Origin: Promethearchaeota archaeon
GTDB taxonomy: Archaea; Asgardarchaeota; Lokiarchaeia; Sigyniarchaeales; SOKP01
Direction: 5' to 3'
Assembly: GCA_048940645.1 (NCBI GenBank)
Contig: JBHLOI010000042.1
Location: 1-26,302 of the forward strand
Length of the DNA stretch: 26,302 nt
Within the stretch, counting starts at the first letter, position 1. Each line of letters starts with the position of its first letter. The notes beneath the pieces were generated by a model, which had not been told where the DNA came from, made no database searches, and saw only the letters and a list, made by a program, of their open reading frames with translations. The translations under genes and the position numbers were made by a program. Shown here piece by piece: positions 1 to 8,229 of this stretch.

Positions 1-1691
1 CCAATATTAGAACCAAACTGATAATCAGCAATTTTAACTAATTTTCGAACCCATGATTTTGAATAATACTTCGATTTCGGTACATTTTCCTCAAAATTAA
101 AACTGTCTTTTAAATCCTTTACGAGGTTCTCTAGTGACTCCATTGAATCAGAAGTTGTAAGATTTTTGTAGACTTCTGTAAAGAAAAATTTGTTAGACAG
201 TTGTTTTTGTGCTCTTAAAACAATTTCCTTGTATCCTTTATCACTTACATGACATATAATCGGAATTTTTGTATTATACTTCTTAAGTAGTTCAACCAAC
301 ATTTGAGAAGCTAAATCAATCTCTTCATTATCCCAAAATCCAGTTACAGAGATATCATATGAATTTATAGGATAGATATTTTCTAGTTGTCTTGGTATAG
401 CTCCAAGAGGAGAAGTAAGAATAATTTCTTGAAAATCCGGGAAATCAGGAAATTTCCTTAAAACACTGTGAAATTTCTTATGAGATTTTGATGTTGAATA
501 TGGCTTTCTTGCAGAGCAAGGAAAAATTATAATTAATTTTGTCCACTGTTCAGGTGAAAAATTTTTTATTAACCTTTCTCTAAATTGATGAAAGTCTGGT
601 CTATAGTAAGAAGATGGACCAAAACATTTAACTGTTGAGTAAGAATCTGCTATTGGAGTCTCATACTTTATTAGATCAAAATATTGCCTATCTAATATTT
701 TTAAAATTGAAACGATTAGAACATCGTCAAATGATGTCTTTTCTACAAATGCTCGAAAATCTTCTGTCCTTAAATATTGTTTTATTTTATTCATATAGGT
801 TTTTGCTACTATTAGATTATGTAGACACAAATATTCATATATTTCATCTGAAGATTTCATGCTTTGGGAGTTCTTTAATTTAGTTTGACATGCGACACAT
901 GAACAAGGAAAATACTTTACTTTAGAAATTGGAAGTAAAAATTCTATTGTATCATAGAAATTCTCTGAAGTTAAATAGAGTAAATATGAACTATCAATAA
1001 GATCGATACCTAAGTAAATTAAAATTGGAAAATACTTAGGTATAACCCGTCCTGAAGCCATTAATACTAAATTATTATCAAAGTTTTGTTTAATAGTGAT
1101 AATTAAATCCAAAACATTTCTAAAATTAGTATTAGTAGTAAAAAAGTCAATTAAATTTAATAACTTAATATTTTTATTTTCTTTTATTAATGGACTATAT
1201 AGATCAAGGAATTGTGGATGTTCAAATATTTTAATACTTAACCCAAAATTAAGATTTGGAAATTGGGCTAAGAGTTGCTTTACTGATTTAAGATGATGTA
1301 AGATTTCATTTTTAGCAAAATTTTCATTAAGAATTGTGTTTGGGATATTGAAAGGGATTAGAAGAATAATATTATCCTCTGAAAAGATATCAACATTATT
1401 CTCTAGAATTTTTATAAATGTTTCTAGCGTACCTGTATGGGTGAAAATAAAAGTTGTATTTTTAAACTTATCGCGTAAAAAACCTATTTTTAAGAAAACT
1501 TCTTTTGATATTAAAAAAATTTCATGGTCTTCAAACTCTTCTAAGAAGTTAACGTCTTTCATTAGAAAATTTCGCATAGGGAGAATAACGTTAGGAGTCT
1601 TTACATATTTCTTAGGTTCCTTCGATAATTTGATTCTCCCGACCCTAGAATAACCTATACGTTTATTTAAGATTTCAAAAAAATAATTCAT
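1..1691 (-). CDS. arcS: Archaeosine synthase alpha subunit (ArcS/TgtA2-like), 3' end runs off the window
   Basis: Not in the ORF track (no stop in window). ATG at 1691 gives MNYFFEILNKRIGYSRVGRIKL...KTPNVILP (TGT-like start). The same frame near 521 encodes FPCSARKPYSTSKSHKKF and ILTSPLGAIPRQLENIYP..YDISVTGFW, motifs of the ArcS/DUF5591 region. Confidence 0.85.
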   Translation of the reverse strand, partial: MNYFFEILNKRIGYSRVGRIKLSKEPKKYVKTPNVILPMRNFLMKDVNFLEEFEDHEIFLISKEVFLKIGFLRDKFKNTTFIFTHTGTLETFIKILENNVDIFSEDNIILLIPFNIPNTILNENFAKNEILHHLKSVKQLLAQFPNLNFGLSIKIFEHPQFLDLYSPLIKENKNIKLLNLIDFFTTNTNFRNVLDLIITIKQNFDNNLVLMASGRVIPKYFPILIYLGIDLIDSSYLLYLTSENFYDTIEFLLPISKVKYFPCSCVACQTKLKNSQSMKSSDEIYEYLCLHNLIVAKTYMNKIKQYLRTEDFRAFVEKTSFDDVLIVSILKILDRQYFDLIKYETPIADSYSTVKCFGPSSYYRPDFHQFRERLIKNFSPEQWTKLIIIFPCSARKPYSTSKSHKKFHSVLRKFPDFPDFQEIILTSPLGAIPRQLENIYPINSYDISVTGFWDNEEIDLASQMLVELLKKYNTKIPIICHVSDKGYKEIVLRAQKQLSNKFFFTEVYKNLTTSDSMESLENLVKDLKDSFNFEENVPKSKYYSKSWVRKLVKIADYQFGSNI

Positions 1692-1788
1692 AATATACAA
1701 ATAAAAAAATGATTCTAAAGTAAATAAATTAATATTCTTTAAATTTTTTAAAAAATATCTGGAAAACTAATTTAAAATCATATGAATT

Positions 1789-3039
1789 TCAGAAAAGGAT
1801 AAAATTAGTATAAGGTTTCAACTCATCTAAAACAAAGCTCGTGAATGTATCTTCAATTTCTTCTGAGCTATATAAATCCTTGATAAAAAAGGCATAATCT
1901 TCAATCTTTTCCACTCTAACAATCGCAAATAATCCATATTGTTCGCCTATTCGAAATAAGTCAGTAATATTTTTGTGCATATCCAATCTAAGAGCAAGTT
2001 CATTATATTTTGATGGATCTTTTGGTTTAATACGAAGGAGATATTTGCCTTTAAAGCCTATTTTTTTTGGACAAAAATTTACCGTATAATTTAAGATAGC
2101 CCCTTGTTGTTCGAGCTTTTTAATTCTATTATGAATAGTTGATTGTGAAATATCGTCTTTGTTCAGAGACTTTAAAGTCATTCTATACTTCTCATTTAGC
2201 AGATCTTTGATTTCATATGTAGAAATTGGTCTTAATCCTTGGTCATCTTGTAATACTTTTAGAATAAGGTAATCTATCTCATCAATATAAAAATTTTGAC
2301 TAATCTTCTTCTCTAGTTGAATTCCTGTTTCTCTTATCTCTTGGGCAACTTTATCTATTATTTGCTCAACTCCTATTTCTTTTCTAAATTCAGTTATTAC
2401 TATTTTACCATTTGAGAAAATCAAAATTGTAGCATGCGGATCTTCTATCTTCATAATAAGGCCTGGAAATTTCAGTGGGTTATACTTGATATTCGCAGAA
2501 TTTTTAGCAATTTCTTTTAAATTGATGTTTTTTCCAAGATTAAATGAGATTTTTGAGTCTCTTAAGCTAATTCCATTTGTTTTAAACACCTTAATAGTTT
2601 CGATTATCTGATATTTCTTAAAATAAGATTTTGACATAATATTATCAATGTTATTCAATATCTGATAATATTCCTCGGGGGATCTAAAAATAAGTAATGC
2701 AAACAGAGAGAAATCTCCGAATATTCCATCTAACATTCTTAATTGGGGGATTTCTAAGAGTTCTTCGACTAATTCAGGTTCTTTAGGGTTAGTTTTTATT
2801 TCAATCATTACATATTTCAAATTATTTGGGCGAATATTTGGATTAATATTAATTGTAAAATTGGTAATTATTTTTTGATCCCTCAAATTATCAAGCTTGT
2901 TTTGATATGTTTGCCTAGAGAGTCCTATCGCACGTGAATTTTTTGATATAACAAATTTGGTTTTTCCTCTTAAATTCTTTATAAAGCTTTGGGCTTCCAT
3001 TCGATCTTTAATACTAATCATAATATTACAATTTTGCAT
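1789..3039 (-). CDS. Tandem Lrp/AsnC-family transcription regulator with an internal TBP-like repeat (Lrp-TBP-Lrp)
   Basis: aa ~15-155: wHTH (IGLSRQTYQNKLDNLRDQKIITNFTININP) plus AsnC/RAM domain (GIFGDFSL). aa ~157-241: TBP repeat (YNPLKFPGLIMKIEDPHATILIFSNGKIVIT). aa ~252-416: second Lrp unit (IDEIDYLILKVLQ...ISQSTIHNRIKKLEQQGAI...FRIGEQYGLFAIVRV). Confidence 0.85.
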   Translation of the reverse strand: MQNCNIMISIKDRMEAQSFIKNLRGKTKFVISKNSRAIGLSRQTYQNKLDNLRDQKIITNFTININPNIRPNNLKYVMIEIKTNPKEPELVEELLEIPQLRMLDGIFGDFSLFALLIFRSPEEYYQILNNIDNIMSKSYFKKYQIIETIKVFKTNGISLRDSKISFNLGKNINLKEIAKNSANIKYNPLKFPGLIMKIEDPHATILIFSNGKIVITEFRKEIGVEQIIDKVAQEIRETGIQLEKKISQNFYIDEIDYLILKVLQDDQGLRPISTYEIKDLLNEKYRMTLKSLNKDDISQSTIHNRIKKLEQQGAILNYTVNFCPKKIGFKGKYLLRIKPKDPSKYNELALRLDMHKNITDLFRIGEQYGLFAIVRVEKIEDYAFFIKDLYSSEEIEDTFTSFVLDELKPYTNFILF

Positions 3040-3158
3040 TTTCTTTGAATATTATTAATTAAATGTCAAATTAAATATATAAATACTTGCATTTAACCAA
3101 AAATATCTTTATTAGTTAATTAAAATTATTAAAAGTAAACTTTGAAAGTGAACATCAA

Positions 3159-4427
3159 ATGGTAAATTATAAAGTTGCTGATGAAACATTAACTGAAAAG
3201 GGAAAAGAAGCATTATATATTGCTGAAAGAAAAATGCCAGTAACAGCTAAAATCATTCGTGAAAGATTTTCAAAAGAAAAACCGTTGAAAGGTGTGGTCA
3301 TCGCAGGATGCCTACATATTACTAAAGAAACTGGAAATCTCGCACGCACACTTAAAGCAGGAGGGGCAGAGGTTTATTTATGTGGCAGCAATCCTCTATC
3401 AACCCAGGATGATGTAGCTGCAGCTTTAGTTGAAGAGGGAATAAATGTATTTGCTTGGCATGGAAATACAGATGAAGAGTTTTACTGGTGTATACGACAA
3501 TGTTTGAAAGCAAAACCAAATATTTTGATAGATGATGGAGCAGATATGATTGTAACAGCCCATGAAGAATTTCCTGAATTAATTGAAGATGGAACCATAA
3601 TTGCATGTCAGGAGGAAACTACAACGGGAGTAAAACGCTTTAGAGCTATGGAAAAAAAAGGTGTATTAAAAGTACCACTATTCCCAGTCAATGATGCGCG
3701 ATGCAAAAATCAATTTGATAATGAGCTAGGTACAGGACAAGGAGTTATTTCAGCAATATATGGAATGCATATATTATTTGCTGGAAAATTTTGTGTGATT
3801 GCTGGTTATGGGCACTGCTCATCAGGCATGGCACTAAGAGCTAGAGGACTAGGTGCTAATGTTATCGTCACTGAAATTGATCCAATAAAAGCACTCCAAG
3901 CCAAATTTGCTGGATATCAAGTTATGCCTATAGAAGATGCTCTACCAATAGCAGATATCATACTTACTGCTACAGGGTGTAAACATGTCATAGCTCCAAT
4001 TAAAGAAATGTTTGATAAACTTAAGGATGGTGTAATCCTTGGAAACCTTGGACACTTCGATATTGAAATTCCAACTAAACAATTATATGAATATGCAAAA
4101 GAAATAAAGCCAATACGAAAACATGTAGAAGAATTGACTCTACCAAGTGGTAAAAAGATCTATCTACTTGCTAAGGGTAGATTAGCTAATTTAGTACTTT
4201 CTGAAGGTCATCCAAGTGAAATTATGGATATGTCATTTAGTTTACAGTCTCTGATGTCTGAATATATCGTAAAAAATAAGGATTTTTTAAAAGCTGGAAT
4301 GGTAAATGTGCCCGTTGATATAGATAACAAAGTGGGACTACTTAAATTAAGCTCAATGGGTGTAAAGATTGATTCCTTAACAGAAGAACAATATAATTAT
4401 ATCCATGGATATGAAGAGGGTACTTAA
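3159..4427 (+). CDS. ahcY: S-adenosylhomocysteine hydrolase (adenosylhomocysteinase)
   Basis: Motifs GCLHITKET, GSNPLSTQDDVAAAL, DDGAD, EETTTG, GHFDIEI, GRLANL, GHPSEIMDMSF; archaeal-type C-terminus YEEGT; SD-like AAGTGA upstream. Confidence 0.95.
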   Translation: MVNYKVADETLTEKGKEALYIAERKMPVTAKIIRERFSKEKPLKGVVIAGCLHITKETGNLARTLKAGGAEVYLCGSNPLSTQDDVAAALVEEGINVFAWHGNTDEEFYWCIRQCLKAKPNILIDDGADMIVTAHEEFPELIEDGTIIACQEETTTGVKRFRAMEKKGVLKVPLFPVNDARCKNQFDNELGTGQGVISAIYGMHILFAGKFCVIAGYGHCSSGMALRARGLGANVIVTEIDPIKALQAKFAGYQVMPIEDALPIADIILTATGCKHVIAPIKEMFDKLKDGVILGNLGHFDIEIPTKQLYEYAKEIKPIRKHVEELTLPSGKKIYLLAKGRLANLVLSEGHPSEIMDMSFSLQSLMSEYIVKNKDFLKAGMVNVPVDIDNKVGLLKLSSMGVKIDSLTEEQYNYIHGYEEGT

Positions 4428-4432
4428 TTCCT

Positions 4433-4651
4433 TTAATTATATTTTATTTTTTTCCGACCTACTGTACGTTCAGACCAATATATTGGATCAAGTCTTTGTA
4501 TATTCCATTCTGTGCACCATTTTTTAATATAGCCTGGTGTTGTATCGAAAATTTCTGCGATTTTATATAAGGGCATTTTCCAAACTAATTCGCACAATTC
4601 CTCTCTAGCTGTGATGTCCTTCTTAAATAATTTCGTTTATTTTATTGTCAT
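4433..4651 (-). pseudogene. Short HTH-like ORF remnant (REELxELVW...IA..F......KWC..WNI.....YW) with an in-frame stop at codon 5
   Basis: Minus strand reads ATG ACA ATA AAA TAA then TKLFKKDITAREELCELVWKMPLYKIAEIFDTTPGYIKKWCTEWNIQRLDPIYWSERTVGRKKIKYN*. This resembles a small HTH domain of mobile-element proteins. Confidence 0.5.
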
Positions 4652-4826
4652 CACGTTTATTTTATTGAAAGCTCGCCTTAATAATATAATAATAGTAATA
4701 CTCACTTAAATAATTAAAACCTACAAAATTGGACATATATTATTTAATCTCTTTAGATTTAAATTAACCTTTTTCTTAAAATGACATTGAAAAGAAATCA
4801 AAAATTAAATTAAACTATAAATTTTT

Positions 4827-5336
4827 ATGTTAAATATGAAAGAAAATATAGAATTAAGATTAGAAGAATTATTGGAATTAACGAGATATGCTTTCCTCAG
4901 GTTGGATGGTGCGTGGTTCATGGCTTCGGTAGAAAGACTTGGTTTGGAGACTGCGACAGAATTAGATGTAAGAGCATGGGAGATGTTTTCTGAAAGGTTG
5001 GGAAAGAAAATCGCTTCAACAACAAATTTGAAAGGTGATTTCTCTCAAACACTGCCAAAACTAATGAAGATCCAACATAACCTTATGAATATGAATTCAG
5101 AAATAGAGGTTATTAATAAGAGCAAAATTGTTCACAGAGTTTTAGATTGTGAAGTTTGGAGAATGGTCCAGAAAGTATGGCCTCAGGATGCAATTCCTTG
5201 TCACAAAGTTACACTCGCAAGTATTAGGGGTTTGTTAAAGGGAGCTTTTCCAGAAAAAGAGTTTGTTTTAAAACATAAAAAGAAAATCCCTTTGGGAGAT
5301 CCTTGCTGTGAGATTGAAATTTCTGTTAAAAATTAA
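4827..5336 (+). CDS. DUF6125 / V4R-like (ATC-hydrolase-like) small-molecule-binding protein
   Basis: LDGAWFMASVERLGLETATELDVRAW signature plus the Cys pattern DC...PC...GDPCC. True start may be the ATG at 4836. Confidence 0.65.
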   Translation: MLNMKENIELRLEELLELTRYAFLRLDGAWFMASVERLGLETATELDVRAWEMFSERLGKKIASTTNLKGDFSQTLPKLMKIQHNLMNMNSEIEVINKSKIVHRVLDCEVWRMVQKVWPQDAIPCHKVTLASIRGLLKGAFPEKEFVLKHKKKIPLGDPCCEIEISVKN

Positions 5337-5400
5337 TGGTAACCTTTTATTTTTCAAGTTTCTTCTTATTTTTTAGAATTACTCTTTTATTTTCATTTAG

Positions 5401-6432
5401 CTATGGTTTTGGATTCAAAATTTCATTTGCAGTAATATTCCCATACACTTCCGTGGCAAGTTTTTTTATCCCCTCTAATCCAATTGGTTCATCGATAAGG
5501 CGATTTGATTCCCAAATTCTTAATTTTTTAAACTCATTTTTAATATCTGATGTAAATTTTAATTGATTAGCTCTTAACTTTTTACAATATTCGCATTTCT
5601 TTACTTCAGGGATTAACATATTTATATGAACAGCGTTAAGAGAAATATATCTTTTAGTTAAGTCTCGCGCTCTTTTTATTTCTTCAAAACTAGGTCTTTC
5701 AGCGATAGTGACCAATCGTAAGGATCCGACATTATGAATTAATTCGCTTATTCTTTCTCCACGCTTTTCAAGTTCTACAACCATGTTAAATATTTCTTTC
5801 CCTAGTTCTCTTCTTTTTTCATAGCTTCCATCATCAAAAGGCTTAATTATCTGCCTAAACATTTTAGAGAAATTTCTAATTGCGCTTTTAACTGAATTAT
5901 AAAAATTTAGAGAATATTTCAAGACTACTTTAACTTGATCTTCAGGAATTTCGAAAAGAGCCACCATATTTCCTGTGGGAGGAAAATCTGCTACGATGAT
6001 ATCAAATTGAATTTCTTGAGTATCAATATCTTCTGCATCTAGTAATTTTTGGAAAAACATCGCATTTTTTAAAGCTAGTGGGATAGAATCTGCTGTGAAT
6101 GTAGTATTAATAAACCTCTCAATTTGAGGTAAGTTTCCAATGATAGGCATTTGTTTTGTAAGAGTTTTCATTTTTTCCACTAATTCCTTTGTATATTTTT
6201 CAGCATAAAGATTTGGATCAGGTTCAATTGCCCATAGATTATCCGTAATAGGAGTTATCTTACTATTGATAGGAACTCCAAAAATATCAGTTAAATTATG
6301 AGCAATATCAAATGAAATTAATAGAATTTTTTTAGTTGGAAGTAATTCTGAAAGTCTTATGGCTGTTGCAGCACTAATTGAGCTTTTTCCAACCCCACCT
6401 TTACCTCCAAACACAACTATTTTATCAATCAT
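5401..6432 (-). CDS. ArsA/Get3(TRC40)-family ATPase, single ATPase domain
   Basis: Deviant Walker A GGKGGVGKSS, switch I SFDIAHNL, switch II DFPPTG, C-terminal CEYC (CxxC) and EPIGLEGI. Confidence 0.85.
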   Translation of the reverse strand: MIDKIVVFGGKGGVGKSSISAATAIRLSELLPTKKILLISFDIAHNLTDIFGVPINSKITPITDNLWAIEPDPNLYAEKYTKELVEKMKTLTKQMPIIGNLPQIERFINTTFTADSIPLALKNAMFFQKLLDAEDIDTQEIQFDIIVADFPPTGNMVALFEIPEDQVKVVLKYSLNFYNSVKSAIRNFSKMFRQIIKPFDDGSYEKRRELGKEIFNMVVELEKRGERISELIHNVGSLRLVTIAERPSFEEIKRARDLTKRYISLNAVHINMLIPEVKKCEYCKKLRANQLKFTSDIKNEFKKLRIWESNRLIDEPIGLEGIKKLATEVYGNITANEILNPKP

Positions 6433-7004
6433 TGTATTAGCTTGATAATCTTAAGATGAATTAAAACATAGAAGAGAATTAAGTTCTATTATAATAATAT
6501 AATTTTTTGAATTTTAATCATTTCAAATTATATTATAACTGTTAAGCAATCTCGACATATTTAGGGAAAAATATGATTTTACCATTAATAGAAGAAATTT
6601 CACTATTTTCTTTTTCAAAGTAAAAATAAAAGCGCCCTATATTAGTACTCAATTTGAATTTGATTTTCTTTTTATTTAAATTTGAAAACCTTCTTAATAG
6701 CATATTGTTCCAATAAAGACTCATCAATATCTATTAAATATTTTCTTTAAAAAATAAATATCCTATGGGGATGTTATGGCTACAAACAATTTTGTTCTCA
6801 TCTTTATTCAGCAAAAAATAAATGGAAAGAATTATTTATTTAAATTGATCATCTATTTATTGATGACTTAAAAGCATTTAAAATTAAAATACACAAATAA
6901 AACGAACTAGAAATCATATTTTCAATTTAAAATGTTTGAAATCATTTAAGATTATAATTATCTCATAAAAATAATGAATTAAATTTTAATTAAGTAATAC
7001 GGAA

Positions 7005-8229
7005 GTGATCAAGATTACTAATAATCAGGTAGATTTTACTACAAAGTATATTATTGAAACAAAATTTGAAATTAAGGGTGTGGTTGAAAAAAGCGATATA
7101 GTTGGCGCCATATTTGGTCAAAGGTAAATTTTAAAGCCATTTCGGCTAAATCGGCTAAACTGAGGGTCTCCTTTTAGATCTCGATTTAAGAGATCTTCAA
7201 AAATCAGGACGAATCGGAAGAATTGAAGTAGAAAACGAATCTAAGGAGGGGGTTTCTATTGGTATTATTAAAATTCCATCTTCTTTAACTAGAAAGGAGA
7301 CTGCATTATTGGCGGCAACTGTTGAAACTGTTACCCGTGTTGGACCTTGTGAAGCTAAAATCCGTCTAATTGATATTAGAGATGTACGGGAAAGAAAGCG
7401 CAAAAAAATCATTGAACGAGCAGCAGAATTATTAAAACAATGGGATCAAAAATCTCTTGAACCTAGTGAAATTGAAGAAAAAATAGATACAGATATTAAG
7501 CTTGGTGAAATTATAAAATGGGGTCCTGAAGGATTACCAGCAGGACCAGAAGTTGAAACTGATGATGATTTAATCATTGTCGAGGGACGAGCTGATGTTC
7601 TAAACCTACTTAGAATAGGGATAAAAAATACTGTAGCCGTCCAAGGAACCCATATTCCTAAATCAGTTATAGATTTAGCGAAAAAAAAGAAGAGCGTAAC
7701 TATATTCTCCGATGGAGATAGAGGCGGAGAATTAATTACAAAAGAGTTAATGCAGTTAATTAATGTAGACTTTATTGCTCGTGCTCCTGATGGATATGAA
7801 GTAGAAGAATTAACCAGGAAACAGATGATAAAGTCTCTCCAGAATAAGAGATCTTCAACAGAATCTTTAGAAAAATCAGGAGAAACATCTTCTGTTATAG
7901 AGAAAAAAGTTACAGAAACAAAGCTAAGTAAGCTACTAAAAAAACTTAAAGTAAAAAATCAATCAATCATAGCACAAGCATTAAAGACAATTCCATCAGG
8001 TCATAGTATCGGATTTAATAATAAACTTGAGAAATTATTTGATTTAACTGTAGGCGAATTATTTGAGGAGATATCAAAATACAACAAAACTGAATTTATA
8101 ATTATTGATGGAATTCTATCTAAACGTCTTCTAACACTGGTAATGAATATGAAAATCAAATTCATAGCATGTAAAAATAAAGAAGAAGAATTAACCATTC
8201 CAGAACAAATTATCGTTTATTATTTCTAA
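7005..8229 (+). CDS. dnaG: Archaeal DnaG (DnaG-type primase / exosome RNA-binding subunit); join(7005..7121,7159..8229), ~395 aa if spliced
   Basis: Exon 1 encodes ...TTKYIIETKFEIKGVVEKSDIVGAIFGQ. Exon 2, in another frame, continues TEGLLLDLDLRDLQKSGRIGRIEV and contains TOPRIM motifs IIVEGRADV and DGDRGG. The ORF-track start at 7309 omits the conserved N-terminal domain. Confidence 0.9.
7122..7158 (+). other. Candidate 37-nt bulge-helix-bulge/loop (tRNA-type) intron in dnaG mRNA
   Basis: Removal restores CAA|ACT (Q|T). GGUC(7116-7119) pairs with GGCU(7153-7156), each followed by AA^A. Inner pairs G7123-C7152, G7124-U7151, U7125-A7150; internal hairpin AGCC-AUUUC-GGCU. Confidence 0.7.

Noticed and set aside
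635-1653. + strand ORFs 635-883, 1096-1296 and 1336-1653
   Set aside because: Antisense shadows of the arcS frame with no recognisable motifs.
6433-7004. 61-aa ORF 6542-6727, or a replication origin/ncRNA, in the long arsA-dnaG spacer
   Set aside because: Low-complexity AT-rich translation; no ORB-like repeats, no cdc6/orc1 nearby and no convincing GC-rich structure.
7110-7165. Programmed ribosomal frameshift or single-base sequencing error in dnaG
   Set aside because: Either would leave about 12 extra residues inside an invariant motif, and the downstream frame also has a TAA at 7156-7158. The whole 37 nt has to be removed or bypassed.
7124-7190. Spliceosomal-like reading of the dnaG insert (AG|GTAAAT ... 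CTAAAC ... TGAG or TCTCCTTTTAG)
   Set aside because: GT-AG excisions of 41 nt (to 7164) or 54 nt (to 7177) do not restore the frame, and 67 nt (to 7190) deletes the conserved TEGLL. A GT..AC 37-nt cut (7124-7160) gives QSEG and keeps the frame, but the BHB-type cut fits both the motif and the structure better.
7309-8229. ORF-track 306-aa DnaG starting at TTG 7309
   Set aside because: It omits about 90 conserved N-terminal residues that are clearly encoded upstream.
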